A program made the translations under genes and the position numbers. DNA of 63,888 nt, counting the filler, from Trichosphaerium sp. ATCC 40318 (lineage: Eukaryota; Protista; Tubulinea): assembly GCA_038496445.1 (NCBI GenBank). It is 3 parts of 3 records of this genome, joined end to end, with 100 filler letters (N's around TTAATTAATTAA, not from the genome) between each part and the next. Parts side by side here need not be neighbours in the genome. Positions count along the whole stretch, not along the records: positions 1 to 24,501 come from JALMLS010000364.1; 2 more parts are not named here. One strand, 5' to 3'. The notes under the pieces are model-generated. The model was not told the DNA's origin. It saw nothing but the letters and a program-made list of their open reading frames with translations, and made no database searches. Shown here piece after piece: positions 1-15,865 of the stretch. Positions within the stretch are counted from its first letter, which is position 1; each line of letters starts with the position of its first letter.

Positions 1-7
1 TTATAAG

Positions 8-557
8 TTGCTAATATTCACTAGAGAACTTTTGACTGCTACTAGAGTATTGTTCCCAAGAGGTGACGTATTAGAGGAGTATATTATTGGGACACAAAGA
101 GAAGGGTCAGGTATTGAAGTCACTTTGGATGTGTTTATTCCAAGCATCAATCTGGCTCTTGAATACCATGGTAGACATCACTATGATGATTCACCGAGTA
201 TATTTGGTCCTACAATGGTATGGCAAGCGCGTGATAGCGAAAAAAGATACACGTGCAAACTTATGGGTATGAAAAGAGTCTTCCCTTTTTCTCATTAATT
301 TCTTTTTTTAAGGCATTACATATGTTCCTATACCGTTTTCTTGGGATGGTACAGCTTCTAGCCTTGCTGCAACCATACATTACTATAGATCAGATTTGTA
401 TCTACCTTTAGCATCAAAAGGAAAGCCAGTGGTGTTACCTCAAGGAGATAAAGTCGAAGACCGTGAAAATCTTGAAATCAAAAAAACATTTATGGTTGCT
501 GGATTGGTACCTGCTACACCATCGCAATTGTGTACATTAAATGAAATACCATCTTAG
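8..557 (+). CDS. Partial (5'-truncated) gene with a restriction-endonuclease-like (Vsr/DUF559-like PD-(D/E)xK) domain
   Basis: LDVFIPSINLALEYHGRHHY...RDSEKRYTCKLM, spliced via a GT-AG intron (267-312) to GITYVPIPFSWDGTASSLAATIHYYRSDL; matches the D..E.xG.xH..RD..K...G..IP.W pattern; 3' end uncertain. Confidence 0.6.
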
Positions 558-1267
558 CAACGATTGTACAATAAGTTAAGTTCGGTGGCACTATTAATAT
601 TAACAGCTTCTGACGTAGGTTTTTACATGTGGCAGTTGTTATTAACTTGTTATCGCGTTTAGATGTTTATTGCAATATTCGCTTCACGGACATTGAATAG
701 TTTGTTGACGTGCCATAGATGGAGTTGTATCGCTTGCATGAGTTCATGAGAGACTTTTTTTTTTCAAAGCTTAACTCCTATTACTAGTAAGCACGTGATA
801 GTCCGCTACCACCAAGGGATCCACTAGGTTGAGCCAATAGGATAGCTTGCATACTCTAGCGGTGTTACCTGCTCCCATCTCGAACAAGGTTTAGTGTTAT
901 CTCAAACTAAGATATGACGTGTTTTTCAGGCGTTACGTTTTATTAAGCCACGGTTTCCACATGTTTGCGATTTTGCTATTTGCTTGCATACCTTGACTGG
1001 TGAAAGGATTCGCCGGACTATTAAAATAATATAGTAAAGCGGAACGCACGCCAGGTAGGGCAATGACTGGAACGCTTTTTAACAATTCAGCTTAAAGGGT
1101 ACTACTTTTTTATACAGTCTGGTTTACTGATCATATCACAAGTACACCTAATGTTTGGCCAGTGATCCAGACCTGATATTACCATAGTACCTGAATGCTG
1201 AAGATGCACATGATCAAACTACAACTATCGCTTTACATAATGTAGGTTGGTGAACACTTTCAGTGAT

Positions 1268-2144
1268 TTATATCATGTATATTTTATGAGCACCCAACTT
1301 TTTAACAGCTTCTTCTGTAACACCATCACAGCCACTGACATCAATAGCATAAACTCCCGACAGCGCTTTGATACCTTCATTTGTAATACCTTTACAGTGC
1401 CTAAGAGATATGATATGGACACTTGAAAGTGCTTTTATGCCTTCATCTGTAATATTGTCACAACTTTGAAGCTTTATAGTGTGAACACTAGAAAGTGCCT
1501 TGATTCCTTCATCTGTAACATTTTCACAGAGTACGATAGTAATTTCATGAACATGTGAAAGAGCTTTGATTCCTTCATCTGTAATATTTTCATTACAACA
1601 AAGAGTGATTGTGTGAACTCCTGAAAGCGCTTTGATACCCTTGTCTGTAATTTTATGACAATAATCAAGATTAATTGTATGAACTCCAGAAAGCGCTTTG
1701 ATTCCTTTATCTGTAATGTGACCACTTCCAGTAATGTTAATAGTGTGAACACCTTCTAGTACTTTGATACAGTCGTCAGTTACATAGTCACAGCAGTGGA
1801 GGTTAATTGTATGAACACCAGCAAATTCTTTGACAATATCAGAGGAGTAACTAACAATATTGATCTTTGTTTGCTTAAGAGTGCTGGCATGTTTTAAAAG
1901 TGATTTTGCTTCAACCATGGTTGAAATAGTAACGCTTTCGTATCCAATAATGTCATGAATGATTGACGCAAAACGATGGCACGTTTGACAAGCCGCAAAT
2001 CGTGCTTTTGTTGTTTGTTTTAAAATTAGAGCTAAAATCTCTGTTGGGAGTTCCAGGACGTGTTGCTCAGCACTTTTCGATATTAGAACAGTGATTAGAA
2101 ATTTAGTAAATGTACCTTTGATTTACGAGGCGTTCTTTTGACAT
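1268..2144 (-). CDS. F-box + leucine-rich repeat protein (GVHTI-type LRR)
   Basis: ATG at 2144, intron 2073-2115, F-box-like VLELPTEILALILKQ...ACQTCHRFASIIHDIIGY, then about 7-8 25-aa repeats GVHTIxLxxCxxITDEGIKALS. Confidence 0.85.
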
Positions 2145-2379
2145 TATTAACTCTGTGCTTACCGTTTCGTTTACGTAGTAAGCGCACTAAATGTTACTAA
2201 TAGTTACAGTGTTATATACATTGAAACGGTTGGACTTGAAGACACGAAGAGGCCAAAAAAGAAAGAATGGATATTATGTCACGTGCGCATTTTTCCGACA
2301 TAGTAAAAGTGTTACATTCAAGCGAGCCTCAACCCTGACATTGTATTCTTGTTTGTTTTAGAGATAAACCTTACTGAGT

Positions 2380-2756
2380 ACCAGGATGTTGGTGACAAAC
2401 ATGATTTCTCAAAATACAGAGCCGGAACTATAGTAATTAAGATACATTTGCTAGTGCACGTGATTTTATTGAGATTCTTTTTTGGCCTTTTGTTTAACAC
2501 TCTATGAAGTGTCTGTAGTGTATTCCTTTGACATTCTAATTCAGCTGCAAGGCTCTGTTAAGAGAAAAAATTAAGTTGGAGTAGCAAATATGAATTTTGC
2601 TGCAATTTTATTCCATGTGATTCTGTTGACATTCTAGTATTGTTTGTTTCATTCAAGTTTGCGACCAGGATGTTGGTGACAAACATGATTTCTCAAATAC
2701 AGAGCCGGAACTATAGTAATTAAGATACATTTGCTAGTGCACGTGATTTTATTGAG
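2380..2756. repeat. Direct duplication of about 94 bp (2380-2473 and 2664-2756)
   Basis: ACCAGGATGTTGGTGACAAACATG...CACGTGATTTTATTGAG occurs twice, differing by one A; the second copy lies just inside the left TIR of the MITE. Confidence 0.9.
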
Positions 2757-3481
2757 TTCTGCTAGTTCTTGCAAGTTCTGTCAGATTTTGTCAGTTTTGA
2801 TAGTTCTTGCAAGAACTGACAGCTTTGATTACAACTTGCGGAACCAGTGCAATGTGATTGCATCACATTCTATAACTCATGTAACAAGACGTGTCATCAT
2901 ATCATGTAACAAGACGATCGCAGTATTTTACTTAGGTGCGCTCTCATTACTACTTACCCCAAGAAGCCATAAAAACGGCTGCGAATTAACAATAATTTAC
3001 ATGTTAACTTACTAGCACCAGGGCGAATACTGGCACATATTCAGGCGTCAGGAGGAGTTAAACGTGAGATAACGCTAAAACCTCAAAGAAAATTCCAAGC
3101 GCTTCCAAAGTATCTTGCGCTGAGTGTATGGTATTAACATAGCGTAATAATCCGTTTTAGAGTATAGGAGACAACTGCTGGACCTTAGAGGACGTCAACA
3201 GAACTGCTAAACTAATGTACCAAGTAAAATAATGGTTAAGAGCACGTGGTGTCGCAATAAATTTGTATGCGTTGTACCTGTCCAAGTGGTTTTAGTTTGT
3301 TCCAGAACTGACAAGATCCGTCAGATCTTGTAGTTTTTAACAGATCTTGCAAGAACTAACAAGATCTTGTAAGTACTAACAGAAGTTGCAAGATCTGTCA
3401 GATCTGACTAAACACGAAAACCAAAAGTCACAAACAGCAAAAAGTTGCAAAGATTAGCAAACTTGAATGAAACGGACAATA
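2638..3481. mobile_element. Non-autonomous TIR element (MITE family A, divergent copy)
   Basis: Left TATTGTTTGTTTCATTCAAGTTT, right AAACTTGAATGAAACGGACAATA; terminal TA; subterminal 9-bp-period AGATCTGTC/AGATCTTGC-like repeats; near-identical TIR to the elements at 42055 and 44427. Confidence 0.8.
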
Positions 3482-3781
3482 ACGCACCATCTCTATCCTT
3501 TCGCAATTCAAGAAATATTTTGATTTGACATCTGTTAGTCTAATTATAAAATAGACTTATAATAATGTTTCGCATGGTGCTTTGTTTAAGCTCAACAAAG
3601 CTCTTGCTATTGCAAAGGAAAGTGGAGGCTCATGAATATACAAAACCTCAGTGCGCTGCAACAGCCACTAAGATTTTGTCTTTCCTCTTGTCTTAGTTAG
3701 TAAAGTTAGTAGGCAAAGTAACCTTGAATTCTAATAACACTAAACGATATAACCTTTAAGGTTGTAATGGATTACAGTATT

Positions 3782-4680
3782 TCAGTACAAGTTGGCAGTG
3801 AATGTAAGTTCATTGACAACACTTGTTGTAGCAAGGGGACATAACAAGAGGTGTGGCATACGAAAGTTAGGTCTATCTACATCATTGCTATATAGGGCTA
3901 TATCTCTGACTCTGAGAGAGCCTGTTACAGTTTTATTGGTTTTTTTTACATGACAGTACCATCCTTATGTCCTCGCTTAATAGCACTATTTGCAGAATCT
4001 TTACAATGATAATCAATCTTTACCGCATACCCAGAGTTATGTTTATGTACCATAACTTTATCTACAAGTCCAGACTGTCCGAAATACTTTTTCAACTGCT
4101 TAACGTTTGGTAGACGTTTGTTTGAGCCATTAACACAGAAGTAGACACTGTACGTTTTCACCTTAGAATTTCTAACGCGCTTAGGGCGAACATAGGTTCT
4201 ACTATAATTTAACTCGAGCTTACTGGACTTAGCAACCGCACTACGAATAATGGCAATGTCAGAAGGTGTATTCAGCTTACTCAATAAATTGTGTAACTCT
4301 GAGAACTTTGCAAGTACTGATATTGGTACCCAGCCTTCCCCTCTGGCAAGGTTACGCTTTAGGGAGCCATTTGTCTTAATATATGAGGGAGAAAAGTATA
4401 TTTCAAGTTGTTTTAGGATTCTAAAGTTTAGAATCTCTTGAGACTCTTGTATAGTTGTTGGAGCACTTATTCTTTGCGTCTTGGGGCGTTTTGTCGGTCG
4501 CGTAGATAATGACATGTTTTCAATTTTTCGTTTACGTGGACCAGATACGTGTAGGGTACGTAGTTGCTCTACAGGGAGTACCTTTTCATCATTTAAAGAC
4601 ATGCTATATTTAAAGCGCTTTGTGATAAGATCTAAGCATTCAGTTGCGTCTTGTTCGTAGTCTAAACGTGTACGTTTCAT
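3782..4680 (-). CDS. La-motif + RRM-like RNA-binding protein (La-related protein)
   Basis: ILKQLEIYFS...GWVPISVLAKFSEL is a La winged-helix motif, followed by an RRM-like segment; probable intron 3922-3959 extends the frame to TGA at 3782. Confidence 0.75.
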
Positions 4681-4814
4681 GCTGAGATGTGCTTTAATTA
4701 AAGATTGACAGCGTAGCGGTAGTGAAGATTTTAACGGTCAAAGTCGGTGGCCAAAAGTAAAGAGTTTCATTGAACCACCCAAACCATTAGATATCAAAAC
4801 CTCTCAGAGAAGAA

Positions 4815-6992
4815 ATGACCCAGCGACGTTTCGGAATACTGCTACCCATAACATCAAAAAGAACTACATCTAAAGAACATGATGAAATGCTAAAGCAATG
4901 TAGCGAGCAACTAAAATCAACCGTAGGAGAGCACAAACTTAGTGTTTATATTGGTATTGATGACGATGACAATAAACTGCTGATAAAACAGGCTGCGATC
5001 AAGAAGTTCTTTGAGCCTCTAGAAGTATCTACTGTGGTCGTTTCAAAGCCTAGAGGGGTATGTGACGTATTTAAAGAGCTTGCGAGACGTGCATACATAG
5101 ATAACTGCGATTTTTTCGTGTTCTATGGAGATGATGTTTCAATCACGTGTGAGAACTCTGACAACAGTTTATGGACTTCCAAGGTCATAGAAGTTTTTAA
5201 GAAAATCTCAAAAGATCGCAATGTGCCTTTCGGTTTTGGGTGTGTACCACTCAATGATAAAACGTTTATTGGGTTCCCTTCATTCCCAGTGCTTCACAAG
5301 CAACACATGGACATATTTGAAGGTGAGATGTTCCCTTCATGCTTTGTAAATCAGGACGCGGACCCATACTTGTATGAGTTGTATAGGTACAGCTTTTCGA
5401 CACTAATACGAGAACCATCTTGCGAAATACTAGCGCTAATTATCTTTTAGGAAGTTTGGATGTAGCAAATACGCTTTAGAGGTCAATGTTCATAACAAAA
5501 TCGGTGGGAGCTCTGACGCAAGATATGACAAAGTACATGTTGATTGGAAAGATAAAATACTACCAGAGGGGATTGATCAAATTCGAAGTTGGGCTTCTAC
5601 AAACAACCTTGAGTTACCATCTATAGTGACGTTAGATGTTGTAGTGCCTTCGTTTAGATATAGAGAAGAGTATTTAGCAAGGTATTGCGAGTTAGAGGTA
5701 GATTCAAACATGTTTGAAACCCAAACAATAATAATACTCGATAATCCAGACGCCCCAAGTAAACACATCATAGACGCTTTAGAACAACGTTTCGGTGCAC
5801 GTGTCCGTGTGAGAGTACGTAAAGAGATAAATGCTGTTTGCAGCAACAGAACTGTCTGTCCTTGGACTAATGTATTCTAGCTGAACGCAAAGAACCTTGG
5901 AGCATCGGCTTCAAGAAACAGAGGAATGGACGAATCTGCTGCAGAATGGATAATGTTTATGGATGACGATGTGGTGCCTGATAAGCGTATACTTATAGAA
6001 TACGCCAAATCTATTCATTCCAACCCTAACACAGCAGGTACTCCATAATGACCGTTTAAGCTTGAAAACGTGAGCTAAAAATGTCTTTTCAGGATTTGTT
6101 GGGAAAACTAGTTTTCCTGAAGCGCCAAACATCCATTGCGCTGGTATTGAACTCTCTCAGTGCCAATGCTTCTTTTCTATTGCCGATATGATGAAGAATC
6201 CTCCTTGGTGTGTCACAGCTAACCTTGTAGTAAGAAAGAGCGATGTCAGATTCTCGTAAGTGTAAAATCTTAAAATCTCTCAGAGAAATGCTAAACTGCT
6301 TTCATAGAATGGAATTCCCAAAAACTGGCGGAGGCGAAGATGTTGATTTTTGTGTTCGTACTAAGGGAGATTTTATATCAGTAGCTTCTGCTTCAGCTGT
6401 TCACCCTTGGTGGAATAATCAACATCCTCCTTTGAGGCATTTTTTGGGATGGACTCTTGGAGATAGCCGACTTCAATTTAAATACCCACATTTCGCATAC
6501 CGAAATTTTCCTAATGTTCTTGAGATGTCCTTACTACTTCTGATTGCTTCTGTCATGTTACCTTTTTCAAGTTTCTCTTTCTTGTATTCTTTAGCCTTGA
6601 TTTGGTTAGTAGAGATAGGTAGGCAGTAATGACCATCCAATGTTGTTTTAATGTTGCCATTAGTTGAAGAAATAATCACAAACTTCGTACATCCAGAGAG
6701 AGCTCCAACCTTCAAGGGTACGCATTTAGTATCTTAAAGAATATGCTAAATCCGTTAAGGGTTATCAAGAGTAGCAGCTTCTTTGAAAAGTACCGTTGTC
6801 ATAACAACGTTGGAGCTAGGTCACTTGTACAAAAACATGACGACTTTTCCTTATTTAGCAAATATTGGTATTCGCTTTGATTGGTTTTGTGGTAAACTAC
6901 CTGCTGCTTTGGTATCAGAAAGGCATAGAGCAGGCATTAAATTCACGTTATTCATCGCTTGCATATTGTTTAGCTTCATTTGTCTGTCGTAA
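4815..6992 (+). CDS. Multi-exon glycosyltransferase with two GT-A (family 2-like) domains and C-terminal TM segments
   Basis: Domain 1 VYIGIDDDD...FVFYGDDV; domain 2 LDVVVPSFR...NLGASASRNRG...MFMDDDVVPD...GGGEDVDFC; hydrophobic C-terminus; several short GT-AG introns. Confidence 0.8.
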
Positions 6993-7761
6993 AGACTCAA
7001 ATAATAAATCTCTCAACATTCATAATTCCACAAGATAAAATTCTAATCTACACATTCGTCAGTTGTTATTTGAAACATGATATCTGTAAAATCGAACAGA
7101 ATACTTCAGCGAGGCATGCATTCGAGATAGTACGCAAATTCGTTAGTTCAAGTTGCCGAGTGCTTTATATCAAAGTTATTTGGTTTATTTTACTGTACAA
7201 CATGAAGTGGGCTTGATTGTGGATAATACCACCAACTTGGATCATGATCTACAAATAAATTAATACATTACGACAGAAATAATCAACTTGTAATGGACAA
7301 TACCGATACGTACCAACTTTGAAACCGACTGTAATAGCCTGTTCTACTATAGAATCGAAAGCTTTCTGGACATAGGGCGTCTCTACTGTGACAACTTCTG
7401 TGAGTTTTGGCATAATCTAAAAATAAAATTACACACAACCCCACGTGGAGATCAAAAAAAATGTGAAACTTTTTGAATCCTTTTTTTCGAAAGGGAACGT
7501 GTGGGAAAACTCAAAAACCCAAAAAATCTAACTTCTCTCTTCGCTTACATCGTGGAAAACATCTTCCGCATTACATGCTATACATAGTTGAGCGCAATTC
7601 ATATATTGTTTTGATACCTAAGAAACATGAACAATACGAAGGCGACAAGAAGGAAAAAAAAATATCACAAAACGTACTTGATTCCATTCAAAGTATGTTT
7701 TCCGAAAATCTATGATATGCCTTCGCCTTGCGAACTCATGTATCAGCTTAAAAACAGTAAG

Positions 7762-9579
7762 TTAGAGTTTTGAAGATAACCTTCGGAGTTTTTGTCTAAC
7801 CTCTAATGTCTGTGCGGGTTGATTTGAAGCAAACCTGAACGTTGCTTTTGACCACCATATTGAAAAACTTATAACTTTACCAAGGTTAGCATTAAGTAGC
7901 GGATAATTCTCCACTATAGAACAAAGTTTATCAGTAAGCTCTTCTAGTTCATCTGAAATATCTTTAGGCTAAACAAAAGTTAATACAAAAGAAAAGGCTT
8001 CGGAGGTTTTTGGTTTCAAAAAAAAAAAGTCTTCCGAGACAGGATAAATTATCGTACAAGTGAAGGTAGTAGTATATTAGTGTTGTTGGTCAGTTGAACA
8101 CTTGTAGGTTGTTTCCGATGACTATTAAATAGTGCTTCTGCGCAAACCTACTTCACGTTAGACGTACGAAGCGCGCCAGAAAATCTTTCGTTAGTAAAAA
8201 AACCCCGACGAACCAGTTGAAGTTTCGAATAAGCGTAGTTAACAACAGTTGCAGCGTTACAGCTATCACTATACGTATCTTTTTCAAGCATTTCTACGCA
8301 CTGTTTATACGCGCTCATATCATCAATACTTAAAACAAAAAGTAAATAAAGCGTCTCGAGAGCTAGTACCAAAGAAGAATAGAAAAGGGCAAGAAGATTC
8401 GCACTTTCTAGGGAAATCTTTTTTGCGGACTTGGCCAGCAACGTAAAGCAAGGAGTTATAACTTTGGTCTCTGTCAGAAATTTGCAAGCTATCCCCTCTT
8501 TGTATAATTTGAGATAAAATCTCTACGAAAGGTTTAGCAACACGTGATATTGGCGTTATTCTTAAAAAAGGTGTTTCATACCATCACTTTGTTCTTTGTA
8601 AGTTTCGTGAGACGGCAGTCCTTGCGCTCTAGCCAAGTCAGCCAATATACTCAACCCACCTATTGAGATGAGTAAGAAATGGGCATGTGTCAATCATCGT
8701 ACCAGCGACACGAGGGCTTAGTTTTACCCAAGTGTTCTCAGCAAGGAAAGCGCAAATTGTCATAAAATCACCAAAATGTTTTTGTTGTCCTAAGAAAACA
8801 ACACCATGAGCTTTTCAGAACGCTAAGAAAAGTGCCCCGATACCTCTTTGAAGTGCCCCGTATGCCAGGATACTAAAAACTTCAAGCATCCTTGGTTCTG
8901 AGAGCCATACTACGCGTAACAAAGTTATTCTTAAACTCGAACTCGGTACACTCACCAATTGAATTACGCATTATGCCCAGAATACTCTCAGAGGTCCAAA
9001 AATCAACAGGTACACCCTACAACCGCACAATAAGGATATTACCTCTTTTGAAAAAAAGTTCAAAAAGTCGAAGCCACGTGCATAAAATGGGTATATATTT
9101 TCGCGATAGAACCGTAAATAACTTGTTATATGAGCGCTTATGTTAAAGTGATTTCCAATCGCAGGAATCTACAAACAAAAAAAATTATAATTGAGGATCG
9201 TTTAACACTGCTTATTTATACGAATAATGATATTACCTGTTTAGAGTGTTCTTGTAGACGCATAAAATGTTTTAGATTGTTTAGTTCTATCTCTAATTGC
9301 CTTGTTTCTGCTCTATATGTATTTACCTGTGCCAGCATTGCGCTAGGCGTTCCTTTTAGGGTCAAAAAAATCGTTTTAACTTCGAGTTCGGTTACCTTTC
9401 TTTGGACCTGGTTTTTTTTTGGTTGTGTAGGTGCAAACAGCCGCATTATCCCTACACTGGCTGCACGGTAACTGTCCGTCACATTTGCAGTGCTTTTGGC
9501 TACAACGAGTACAAGCTCTCGCAGCTTGATTGTACTTACGCCTTTTAGCCAGTGGAGCGATCCCGTTGCCTTGTAACAT
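7762..9579 (-). CDS. Zn(II)2Cys6 binuclear-cluster transcription factor (multi-exon)
   Basis: RACTRCSQKHCKCDGQLPCSQCRDNAAVCTY (CX2CX6CX5CX2CX6C), then KKKPGPKK, an intron and a coiled coil (RQLEIELNNLK); downstream exons read to TAA at 7762; middle exons uncertain. Confidence 0.75.
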
Positions 9580-10290
9580 CACGTATAAAGCAGTAGAGTA
9601 CAACAACACGTGCAGTTGTTTCCGCGTAGATCAGAATGCGCACAATGTGAACTAAAAACTAGCTTGAATCAAATGTTGCTATTGTGATGTAGTTTGCTCT
9701 GTTGGAGAATTAATTTGCCCGACAAAGACGGTAGTCCGTCGTAAATTCCGCAAAAAAACAAAAAAAGTAGCGCGAATTCAAGTAAAATTTTTTGTAGTTT
9801 CGGCTGTTGTCTTATTCATGTGCTCAGGGTATTGAAAAAACACTTATACCTTAATTGGGGGTGATGGGTGTTGTGGCTATGAGAAGTTTTAGCAGAGTGA
9901 GCTTGTAGTAGTCTTGATTGTTTGATAGTGACGTATACGCTTAGTTTTCACTGTAATTGTAGCGATGCAACTACAAATCAGATTAGGAACCAATAATTCG
10001 CGAACCTTTTTTTGGCTGAAAAAAAAAAAGTCTCAGAAAGCTCTTGTTTGGTCTCGTACTTAGCTGTGACTTGTCAATTTTACACTAAATCGCTACTTCT
10101 AACTGTAATATTGCCTATAGCGACGTAAGGTACAAATCGTTGGCGCGTTTTCTTTTAATTCAAATATCAAAGTACCTCTGTGTTTCGTAAAACGTATTTC
10201 TTATCCAAATTACCGTTTCATAAGCTTTTGTTGGTTTGTCAGATTTTTTGCCGGCAACTACAACCAATAACATATTGTAGAGTATTCAAG

Positions 10291-13177
<2,887 letters not shown>

Positions 13178-13769
13178 ACTCAACCCTTTATTCAATTAAT
13201 GGTTTTTGTCTGAGTCTCAACATATATTACCAATATACCTTCCTTGTAAATTTTAAAACCAGGCTTTATGGTTTTAAATATCCGTTCTCACAGACGTATG
13301 CTCTGATATTAGGACAGAACAAGCATTTTCAACTTTTTGATTTTGTGAGTTTGCTTTTTGCTTGCTCTTGTAATGACATTGGTAAGATTAAACTCAAGAT
13401 TAAATAAGCTTCATGTCCTGCATCTGTACTACATCAGATTACAATTGATGTGTTACAACAATGGTATGCTTTACTTTGTTCACATAATCGCCCTATCTTT
13501 ACACGTATTTCAATCGTTTTCCGTCTTTGTTTGAGGCTCAGTTTAACAGTTTTTTTGTTGTAGGTTAACTTACCATAGGGTGTCTTAAATCAATATGACT
13601 CTTGACAAAGTAAGACACAAATAAAAGCGCCTTTACTAAACCATAGATAAAAGAAATCAAATACCGATTTGTTAACATGAACATTGAACTTATTTTACTT
13701 TCAACAAACTTGAAAAGTTTTGGTGTAATCGTTAAGTCCTGGCTAAGCCTAGTAAATCAAAGTACAACA

Positions 13770-15865
13770 ATGGAAAGCCCTCCTTTCCCAATTAATTTGC
13801 ATTCAGCATACGAATACTATCTCCAAACGCATAATACCGATTTTCAACACATAAAATCAACAGCAACACCAATACAGCGTGAAATGTTTGATAGTGACGT
13901 CACTAGAGCGATTAATAGCGTTCTTGCCTCTGCGGCAGCAGAAATAAAGTCCAAGTTAGCCACAGTACTTTCAAACTTTACTAAAGCGCTCCCCCGCTCT
14001 ACCTACAACCGCGAAGACTCCATAGCGCCACAAATACAAACGAAAAAGCTCTTCCGAACACCGTACGTATCACCGTTCCATATTCAAAAAATATTTCGCG
14101 CCAAACAGTTTCAGAAATTACAAAGAATTTTTGTTTCCCGTGTCTGTCTCAAAAGCGATATTGCGCCAATCACATTTTTTAAAAGTGGTCCATTGACAAG
14201 CTATTTCATGGAACCTACAGCGTAGAATAGACAAGTTTTTTTGACACTTTTTTTTTTGCGAAACGTTTTGTATGGTTTTCAAATATTTCGGAACATAGTC
14301 ATCGCTTTGCACTACCTGACAATTATTAAGGCCAAAAGCAACCAAAACGTGTTTATTAGACCTCCCACCAGAGATTATTTGCTTGATTCTACAATACACG
14401 TACAGTGCAGCACAGACATGTGTGTTATTCGCAGATATTATACACAACATCATTGGCTATGTCACTGCTCAAGTCACACCAGAAGATGCAATGGTTATTT
14501 GTCACTACAAAGGTAGGTCGCGCTTTATGCCTATGTATAGCACGTGTTTTATACAATATTTGTATATTTATCTATCCTCTAGGTGTAATGGCAAACACTC
14601 TGATAACAATTGATGCGGAGCACAACAATAATACCCATTGGTTTTCAGGATGTAGAAAACTTGATTTTGGGTATGATTTAATTGACGAAGTTCATCTTCC
14701 TGGTATCCACACTATCAGTGTTGCATTCACAAATACATCAGATAAAGCCATCAAAGGATTTGCTGGTGTACATACAATTAATCTTGAAGAGACTCCAGTG
14801 ACAAATCAAGGCATTGCCTATCTAAAAGGTGTACATGAGATTAATCTTAGAGGTTGCAGAAAAGTTACTGATGTTAATGCCCTTAAAGGCGTTCACACTA
14901 TCATCCTCAGTGAAACACGTGTAAGCGATGAAGGTATACAGGAACTAACAGGTGCACATACAGTAGACCTTAGTTATAGTTTGAATTTTTCAGATAAAGG
15001 CATCAAAGCCCTTGCTGGTGTACATACAATTAATCTTGACCATACCAGGGTTACAAATGTTGCCTATCTAAAAGGTGTACATACTATAAATCTTAGTAAC
15101 TGCGACAGGTTATTGGACGAAGGCTTAAAAGAACTAAACGGTGTTCACACTATTGACCTCTTTAATACTGGCGTAACAGATGAAGGCATTAAAACATTGG
15201 GTGGTGTTCACACAATCAACCTCCAAAATACTAGAGTAACAGATGAAGGTGTTATGGCACTTGCTGGTGTTCATACTATTAACCTGCAATATAGTAACAT
15301 AACAGATAGAGGCATCCTTGCACTTGGAGGTGTTCATATCATCGATCTAGAAAATACTGAAGTAACTGATGAAGGTATAACAGCACTCAAAGGTGTTCAT
15401 AATATTAACCTGAATTACACATGTGTAACTGATAAAGGTGTAACAGCGCTTGAAGGTGTTCATACTATTTACCTTAGTGGCACTAAAATAACAGATAAAA
15501 GCATTCTTGCACTTAAAGGTGTTCATACAATTGATCTTTCAGATACGAGTGTTACAGGTAAAAATCTCTCATCTTTGGCTGGTGTTCACACCATTGATCT
15601 TTGCAATTGTCCTATCGTTACTGGTATATCAGTACTCAAGGGAGTTCATACAATTTACTTACAGCATACAGATATTACAGACAAGGATGTAAATGCTTTA
15701 GTTGGTGTTCATACAATTGATCTAACTGGTTGTACTAATGTTACAGAAGAGTGTGGTAAATTTGCAGAAGATAAGTTGGATTATTCTATTATAAAAGCAA
15801 TGCGCGATGCTGTCTGGGGATATACAGATAAAGTTGAGCGACGTAGAATCAACCCCTATTTTTAA
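13770..15865 (+). CDS. F-box + LRR protein (GVHTI-type, about 16 repeats) with an N-terminal extension
   Basis: LLDLPPEIICLILQYTYSAAQTCVLFADIIHNIIGY near 14352, intron about 14513-14582, then a long LRR exon; linkage of the 13770 ORF is inferred. Confidence 0.8.
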
